Assembly (NCBI GenBank): GCA_951406725.2
Contig: OX597837.1
Coordinates: forward strand, 34,162,001-34,226,000
Length of the DNA: 64,000 nt
Reading direction: 5' to 3'
DNA from: Octopus vulgaris
Taxonomy: Eukaryota
A program made the position numbers and the translations under genes. A model generated the notes under the pieces. It was not told the DNA's origin and made no database searches. It saw only the letters and a program-made list of their open reading frames with translations. Shown piece by piece: positions 54,707-64,000 of this stretch (position 1 is its first letter; each line of letters starts with the position of its first letter).

Positions 54707-57700
54707 TCAACGACGGGTTTCTTTCAGTATCCGTTTACTAAACCCACTCACGATGCTTTGATCGGCCCATGGTACAGGACGTGGGGCGGTGTGGCTTTGC
54801 GGAGACGTTCCTTCACTCGTGAGGGAAGTTGTGTTCTGGTTGAACCTTGAATCAATCAACGACGGGTTTCTTTCAGTTTCCGTTAACCAAATCCACTCAC
54901 GATGCTTTGATCGGCCCATGGTACAGGACGTGGGGCGGTGTGGCTTTGCGGAGATGTTCCTTCACTCGAGAGGGAAGTTGTGTTCTGGTTGACCCTTGGA
55001 TCAATCAACGACGGGTTTCTTTCAGTATCCGTTTACTAAATCCACTCACGATGCTTTGATCGGCCCATGGTACAGGACGTGGGGCGGTGTGGCTTTGCGG
55101 AGACGTTCCTTCACTCGTGAGGGAAGTTGTGTTCTGGTTGAACCTTGGATCAATCAACGACGGGTTTCTTTCAGTATCCGTTTACCAAATCCACTCACGA
55201 TGCTTTGATCGGCCCATGGTACAGGACATGGGGCGGTGTGGCTTTGCGGAGATGTTCCTTCACTCGTGAGGGAAGTTGTGTTCTGGTTAAACCTTGGATC
55301 AATCAACGATGGGTTTCTTTCAGTATCCGTTTACTAAATCCACTCACGATGCTTTGATCGGCCCATGGTACAGGACGTGGGGCGGTATGGCTTTGCGGAG
55401 ACGTTCCTTCACTCGTGAGGGAAGTTGTGTTCTGGTTGAACCTTGGATCAATCAACGACGGGTTTCTTTCAGTATCCGTTTACTAAATCCACTCACGATA
55501 CTTTGATCGGCCCATGGTACAGGACGTGGGGCGGTGTGGCTTTGTGGAGACGTTCCTTCACTCGAGAGGGAAGTTGTGTTCTGATTGAACCTTGAATCAA
55601 TCAACGACGGGTTTCTTTCAGTTTCCGTTTACCAAATCCACTCACGATGCTTTGATCGGCCCATGGTACAGGACGTGGGGCGGTGTGGCTTTGCGGAGAT
55701 GTTCCTTCACTCGAGAGGGAAGTTGTGTTCTGGTTGAACCTTGGATCAATCAACGACGGGTTTCTTTCAGTATCCGTTTACTAAACCCACTCACGATGCT
55801 TTGATCGGCCCATGGTACAGGACGTGGGGCGGTGTGGCTTTGCGGAGATGTTCCTTCACTCGAGAGGGAAGTTGTGTTCTGGTTGACCCTTGGATCAATC
55901 AACGACGGGTTTCTTTCAGTATCCGTTTACTAAATCCACTCACGATGCTTTGATCGGCCCATGGTACAGGACATGGGGCGGTGTGGCTTTGCGGAGACGT
56001 TCCTTCACTCGTGAGGGAAGTTGTGTTCTGGTTGAACCTTGGATCAATCAACGACGGGTTTCTTTCAGTATCCGTTTACCAAATCCACTCACGATGCTTT
56101 GATCGGCCCATGGTACAGGACATGGGGCGGTGTGGCTTTGCGGAGATGTTCCTTCACTCGAGAGGGAAGTTGTGTTCTGGTTGACCCTTGGATCAATCAA
56201 CGACGGGTTTCTTTCAGTATCCGTTTACTAAATCCACTCACGATGCTTTGATCGGCCCATGGTACAGGACGTGGGGCGGTGTGGCTTTGCGGAGACCTTC
56301 CTTCACTCGTGAGGGAAGTTGTGTTCTGGTTGAACCTTGAATCAATCAACGACGGGTTTCTTTCAGTTTCCGTTTACCAAATCAACTCACGATGCTTTGA
56401 TCGGCCCATGGTACAGGACGTGGGGCGGTGTGGCTTTGCGGAGATGTTCCTTCACTCGAGAGGGAAGTTGTGTTCTGGTTGAACCTTGGATCAATCAACG
56501 ACGGGTTTCTTTCAGTATCCTTTTACCAAATCCACTCACGATGCTTTGATCGGCCCATGGTACAGGACATGGGGCGGTGTGGCTTTGCGGAGATGTTCCT
56601 CACTCGAGAGGGAAGTTGTGTTCTGGTTGAACCTTGGATCAATCAACGACGGGTTTCTTTCAGTATCCGTTTACCAAATCCACTCACGATGCTTTGATCG
56701 GCCCATGGTACAGGACGTGGGGCGGTGTGGCTTTGCGGAGATGTTCCTTCACTCGAGAGGGAAGTTGTGTTCTGGTTGACCCTTGGATCAATCAACGACG
56801 GGTTTCTTTCAGTATCCGTTTACTAAATCCACTCACGATGCTTTGATCGGCCCATGGTACAGGACGTGGGGCGGTGTGGCTTTGCGGAGACGTTCCTTCA
56901 CTCGTGAGGGAAGTTGTGTTCTGGTTGAACCTTGGATCAATCAACGACGGGTTTCTTTCAGTATCCGTTTACCAAATCCACTCACGATGCTTTGATCGGC
57001 CCATGGTACAGGACATGGGGCGGTGTGGCTTTGCGGAGATGTTCCTTCACTCGTGAGGGAAGTTGTGTTCTGGTTAAACCTTGGATCAATCAACGATGGG
57101 TTTCTTTCAGTATCCGTTTACTAAATCCACTCACGATGCTTTGATCGGCCCATGGTACAGGACGTGGGGCGGTATGGCTTTGCGGAGACGTTCCTTCACT
57201 CGTGAGGGAAGTTGTGTTCTGGTTGAACCTTGGATCAATCAACGACGGGTTTCTTTCAGTATCCGTTTACTAAATCCACTCACGATGCTTTGATCGGCCC
57301 ATGGTACAGGACGTGGGGCGGTGTGGCTTTGTGGAGACGTTCCTTCACTCGAGAGGGAAGTTGTGTTCTGATTGAACCTTGGATCAACGATGGGTTTCTT
57401 TCAGTTTCCGTTTACCAAATCCACTCACGATGCTTTGATCGGCCCATGGTACAGGACGTGGGGCGGTGTGGCTTTGCGGAGACGTTCCTTCACTCGTGAG
57501 GGAAGTTGTGTTCTGGTTGAACCTTGAATCAATCAACGACGGGTTTCTTTCAGTTTCCGTTTACCAAATCCACTCACGATGCTTTGATCGGCCCATGGTA
57601 CAGGGCGTGGGGCGGTGTGGCTTTGCGGAGATGTTCCTTCACTCGAGAGGGAAGTTGTGTTCTGGTTGAACCTTGGATCAATCAACGACGGGTTTCTTTC

Positions 57701-60700
57701 AGTATCCGTTTACTAAATCCACTCACGATGCTTTGATCGGCCCATGGTACAGGACATGGGGCGGTGTGGCTTTGCGGAGATGTTCCTTCACTCGTGAGGG
57801 AAGTTGTGTTCTGGTTAAACCTTGGATCAATCAACGACGGGTTTCTTTCAGTATCCGTTTACTAAATCCACTCACGATGCTTTGATCGGCCCATGGTACA
57901 GGACGTGGGGCGGTATGGCTTTGCGGAGACGTTCCTTCACTCGTGAGGGAAGTTGTGTTCTGGTTGAACCTTGGATCAATCAACGACGGGTTTCTTTCAG
58001 TATCCGTTTACTAAATCCACTCACGATGCTTTGATCGGCCCATGGTATAGGACGTGGGGCGGTGTGGCTTTGTGGAGACGTTCCTTCACTCGAGAGGGAA
58101 GTTGTGTTCTGATTGAACCTTGGATCAACGATGGGTTTCTTTCAGTTTCCGTTTACCAAATCCACTCACGATGCTTTGATCGGCCCATGGTACAGGACGT
58201 GGGGCGGTGTGGCTTTGCGGAGATGTTCCTTCACTCGAGAGGGAAGTTGTGTTCTGGTTGACCCTTGGATCAATCAACGAGGGGTTTCTTTCAGTATCCG
58301 TTTACTAAATCCACTCACGATGCTTTGATCGGCCCATGGTACAGGACGTGGGGCGGTGTGGCTTTGCGGAGACGTTCCTTCACTCGTGAGGGAAGTTGTG
58401 TTCTGGTTGAACCTTGGATCAATCAACGACGGGTTTCTTTCAGTATCCGTTTACCAAATCCACTCACGATGCTTTGATCGGCCCATGGTACAGGACATGG
58501 GGCGGTGTGGCTTTGCGGAGATGTTCCTTCACTCGAGAGGGAAGTTGTGTTCTGGTTGACCCTTGGATCAATCAACGACGGGTTTCTTTCAGTATCCGTT
58601 TACTAAATCCACTCACGATGCTTTGATCGGCCCATGGTACAGGACGTGGGGCGGTGTGGCTTTGCGGAGACCTTCCTTCACTCGTGAGGGAAGTTGTGTT
58701 CTGGTTGAACCTTGAATCAATCAACGACGGGTTTCTTTCAGTTTCCGTTTACCAAATCCACTCACGATGCTTTGATCGGCCCATGGTACAGGACGTGGGG
58801 CGGTGTGGCTTTGCGGAGATGTTCCTTCACTCGAGAGGGACGTTGTGTTCTGGTTGACCCTTGGATCAATCAACGACGGGTTTCTTTCAGTATCCGTTTA
58901 CTAAATCCACTCACGATGCTTTGATCGGCCCATGGTACAGGACGTGGGGCGGTGTGGCTTTGCGGAGACGTTCCTTCACTCGTGAGGGAAGTTGTGTTCT
59001 GGTTGAACCTTGGATCAATCAACGACGGGTTTCTTTCAGTATCCGTTTACCAAATACACTCACGATGCTTTGATCGGCCCATGGTACAGGACATGGGGCG
59101 GTGTGGCTTTGCGGAGATGTTCCTTCACTCGAGAGGGAAGTTGTGTTCTGGTTGACCCTTGGATCAATCAACGACGGGTTTCTTTCAGTATCCGTTTACC
59201 AAATACACTCACGATGCTTTGATCGGCCCATGGTACAGGATATGGGGCGGTGTGGCTTTGCGGAGATGTTCCTTCACTCGAGAGGGATGTTGTGTTCTGG
59301 TTGACCCTTGGATCAATCAACGACGGGTTTCTTTCAGTATCCGTTTACTAAATCCACTCACGATGCTTTGATCGGCCCATGGTACAGGACGTGGGGCGGT
59401 GTGGCTTTGCGGAGATGTTCCTTCACTCGTGAGGGAAGTTGTGTTCTGGTTGAACCTTGGATCAATCAACGACGGGTTTCTTTCAGTATCCGTTTACTAA
59501 ATCCACTCACGATGCTTTGATCGGCCCATGGTACAGGACGTGGGGCGGTGTGGCTTTGTGGAGACCTTCCTTCACTCGAGAGGGAAGTTGTGTTCTGGTT
59601 GAACCTTGGATCAACGACGGGTTTCTTTCAGTTTCCGTTTACCAAATCCACTCACGATGCTTTGATCGGCCCATGGTACAGGACGTGGGGCGGTGTGGCT
59701 TTGCGGAGATGTTCCTTCACTCGAGAGGGAAGTTGTGTTCTGGTTGAACCTTGGATCAATCAACGACGGGTTTCTTTTAGTATCCGTTTACTAAATCCAC
59801 TCACGATGCTTTGATCGGCCCATGGTACAGGACGTGGGACAGTGTGGCTTTGCGGAGACGTTCCTTCACTCGTGAGGGAAGTTGTGTTCTGGTTGAACCT
59901 TGGATCAATCAACGACGGGTTTCTTTCAGTTTCCGTTTACCAAATCCACTCACGATGCTTTGATCGGCTCATGGTACAGGACGTGGGGCGGTGTGGCTTT
60001 GCGGAGATGTTCCTTCACTCGAGAGGGAAGTTGTGTTCTGGTTGAACCTTGGATCAATCAACGACGGGTTTCTTTCAGTTTCCGTTTACCAAATCCACTC
60101 ACGATGCTTTGATCGGCCCATGGTACAGGACGTGGGGCGGTGTGGCTTTGCGGAGACGTTCCTTCACTCGTGAGGGAAGTTGTGTTCTGGTTAAACCTTG
60201 GATCAATCAACGACGGGTTTCTTTCAGTTTCCGTTTACCAAATCCACTCACGATGCTTTGATCGGCCCATGGTACAGGACGTGGGGCGGTGTGGCTTTGC
60301 GGAGATGTTCCTTCACTCGAGAGGGAAGTTGTGTTCTGGTTGAACCTTGGATCAATCAACGACAGGTTTCTTTCAGTTTCCGTTTACCAAATCCACTCAC
60401 GATACTTTGATCGGCCCATGGTACAGGACGTGGGGCGGTGTGGCTTTGCGGAGACGTTCCTTCACTCGTGAGGGAAGTTGTGTTCTGGTTAAACCTTGGA
60501 TCAATCAACGACGGGTTTCTTTCAGTTTCCGTTTACCAAATCCACTCACGATGCTTTGATCGGCCCATGGTACAGGACGTGGGGCGGTGTGGCTTTGCGG
60601 AGATGTTCCTTCACTCGAGAGGGAAGTTGTGTTCTGGTTGAACCTTGGATCAATCAACGACGGGTTTCTTTCAGTATCCGTTTACCAAATCCACTCACGA

Positions 60701-60715
60701 TGCTTTGATCGGCCC
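54624..60715. repeat. 149-bp tandem satellite, ~41 copies, highly homogeneous
   Basis: CGACGGGTTTCTTTCAG recurs from 54711 to 60658: 5947 bp = 40 x 149 minus three 4-bp deletions and one 1-bp deletion. Confidence 0.98.
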
Positions 60716-60825
60716 TGAGGCAACACCACAGAAGACACTTGGCCCACGGTACCACGCGGTGGGACTGTATCCAGAACCATGTGATCGGGAAGCAAGCTTC
60801 TTGCTACACAGCCACGCCCGTACCT
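60658..60825 (-). mobile_element. Old SINE family B 5' half, continuous with the last satellite unit
   Basis: AGAAGACACTTG..GTGGGACTG..ACACAGCCACGCC. Confidence 0.85.
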
Positions 60826-61209
60826 AGAAACAATCTTTGCACACGCTTTGTTCTATATTTTTCTTGCACTCTAGTCTTAACCAAATCGAGAACTCTTGAC
60901 AAAGGATAAGATTACAATAATATGTGTGTCCTAAATACTGGCTGATTGTCAGGCGATTGAAAGATTTAAATTACTCTGGACGAGTATCTATTTTTATACA
61001 TAGGCGAAAACTGATCTACATGAAGCAAGGAGTGTAAAAAGATATATTTAAACGGCAATTGTTGGCCTCTCAGGAGGTGCGGTGACATTTCTGTATTTTA
61101 CTTCCTTGATGTGTTTTATTAACGAGATTCTATACACCAGTATACCGTAGATATGTATACGTAGGGATATACAAAGGATTGCCGAAAAGTTCCTGGCTTT
61201 AAGGGTGTC

Positions 61210-62360
61210 CTTTAGACTGGTGGCTGTTTATGCCCTAATAAGGGCTGGAAGGTCAAATTTCTTCCGTTGTCTTGAAACTTTCCTGGGAAGTCTCACCTGC
61301 TACTAGTGGAACACTGGAATAGTATTTTGAACGCACGGGCGGATTGTGTGAGACTAGGACATTGAAGAGGGGTGTGCAAAACCTCGAAAACCTGCTCAAA
61401 AACTTCTAATTGTCTGACAGTTATCGACTGGGTTTCTCTGATCTACTAGTGTGGACATGAAACAACCACAATGGACCATCCAGATCGTATCTGGATAAAG
61501 TATTTGTAAGGTTAGCGTACAGGGATAACTTAGGTAGTCCACAATTTAAATTGGTCGGCTACACAGATCTGGATGGTCCATTGTGGTTGCTTCATGTCCA
61601 CACTAGTAGATCAGAGAAACCCAGTCGATAACTGTCAGACAATTAGAAGTTTTTGAGCAGGTTTTCGAGGCTTTTCACACCCCTCTTCAATGTCCTAGTC
61701 TCACACAATCCGTCCGTGCGTTCAAAATACTATTCCAGTGTTCCAGGAAAGTCTCAAGACAACAGAAGAAATTTGACCTTCCAGCCCTTATTAGGGCATA
61801 AACAGCCACTAGTCTAAAGTTTGTGATTTGCACAGTCGAGTTAAATAGGACTCGAAAACAAGGACCCGGTTACTGGAAGTTGAACCCGTCCTTTCCGGCA
61901 CGCAAAGATTACAGGGACAGAATTAGTGATCCAGTTAAACGGCAGTTGACAGGGGCAATCGTCAACAACCGGTGGTGGATCGCCCTGAAGAGGGCGATTA
62001 GCGTAGAATCGATAGTGATTAGCAAAGAGTTAGCAAAAGAAAGGAATAGATTAGAGGGTTGAACTAATTAGTAAATTAGAAGAGGTCATTAGTAAGGACA
62101 TCGCGACCGATGTTGCTGGCGGCAAGAATGGCCTTTGATAATTTCTTAGAAGCAAAACACAAAGGTTGTGTTATCAGAGCTAAAGCCTCTGCCCTCAAAC
62201 ACGAAGGAACTAAAGGTCTTTGATGGATCGGGACGGGCGCGTGCTGCTCGAGTCTCAGCAGACGTGTGCGGCTTTCCAGCAACACTTCACGCGGCTATTT
62301 AGTGAGGACAACGGGTGGACAGCATTAGTGGACTTTAGTCCGTACCTAGACGACCTGGAA
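61210..62360 (+). mobile_element. Tx1/L1-clade LINE ORF2 remnant (APE endonuclease onward) with internal inverted duplication
   Basis: FRLVAVYA.., SRSYLDKVFV, GYTD|KFVIC, GPGYWKLN, and GCVIRAK motifs. Confidence 0.85.
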
Positions 62361-62694
62361 CTGAAAAATGTAGGCGAGGGATTGACCGAAAAAGAAAAAG
62401 GTCTCTTTCTTTAATCCTTTCTGCCTCGTTCGCTGTTGATGATAATCATAATACGTGGTCAAGGCATCATAAGACCTGATTTCTTCATGTGTTCAAAACA
62501 CTGTCATAGAGTGCTCGATATGAGTCTAAATTAATTTATTGAGCGACTGAGGGGTTCTCAACCGGAATCCACTTGACCTTTCGAGTTCATAGAAGATGTT
62601 GCTGTTAAAATTTATCTGCAATAAAATTGGTTTCACTTCTAAATTACACAAAAATATTTTGACAAATTTTCCTAATGCAATTTCTAATAATCCT

Positions 62695-62915
62695 TTCTCC
62701 TGGAAGCACAAGGCCTAAAATTTTGGGTGGAGGGATTATGTCGTTTACATCGACCCCAGTGCGTAACTGGTACTTATTTAATCGACCCCGAGAGGATGTT
62801 AAGGCAAAGTCGACCTCGGCGGAATTTGAACTCAGAACGTAGCGGCAGACGAAATACCTATTTCTTTACTACCCACAAGGGGTTAAACACAGAGAGGACA
62901 AACAAAGACATACAA
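62695..62915 (-). mobile_element. SINE family A fragment
   Basis: Family motifs. Confidence 0.85.

Positions 62916-64000
<1,085 letters not shown>

Noticed and set aside
54624-60715. CRISPR-like array or tandem 70-aa gene cluster
   Set aside because: No variable spacers and no cas genes; whole units are repeated. The ORFs are by-products of TE-derived sequence.

Overview
Eukaryotic, AT-rich, repeat-saturated non-coding DNA, most likely intronic or intergenic sequence of an octopus (inferred from the tRNA-derived SINE families and the microsatellite load; not verified by search). There is no intact protein-coding gene, rRNA, tRNA gene or CRISPR array, and most listed ORFs are microsatellite or repeat artefacts. 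The window holds dozens of copies of three SINE families (called A, B, C here), non-autonomous Helitrons, MITEs, and decayed hAT-like, Tc1/mariner, Helitron RepHel, RTE, R4/Dong-like, Tx1/L1 and Penelope-like (PLE) elements. The most notable structure read from the sequence is: (1) a dispersed set of small type I hammerhead ribozyme motifs, several tied to PLE remnants, with three unrelated families sharing a variant CCGANGA core; (2) a PLE remnant with the GIY-YIG domain upstream of the RT (Naiad-like); (3) a 6.1-kb array of ~41 copies of a 149-bp unit built from a PLE/SINE junction, with higher-order structure; (4) many local fold-back duplications; (5) unusually long (72-93 bp) flanking duplications; (6) two small unique islands with clustered transcription-factor motifs and one candidate exon. 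All family assignments come from motif recognition by eye and need database confirmation.
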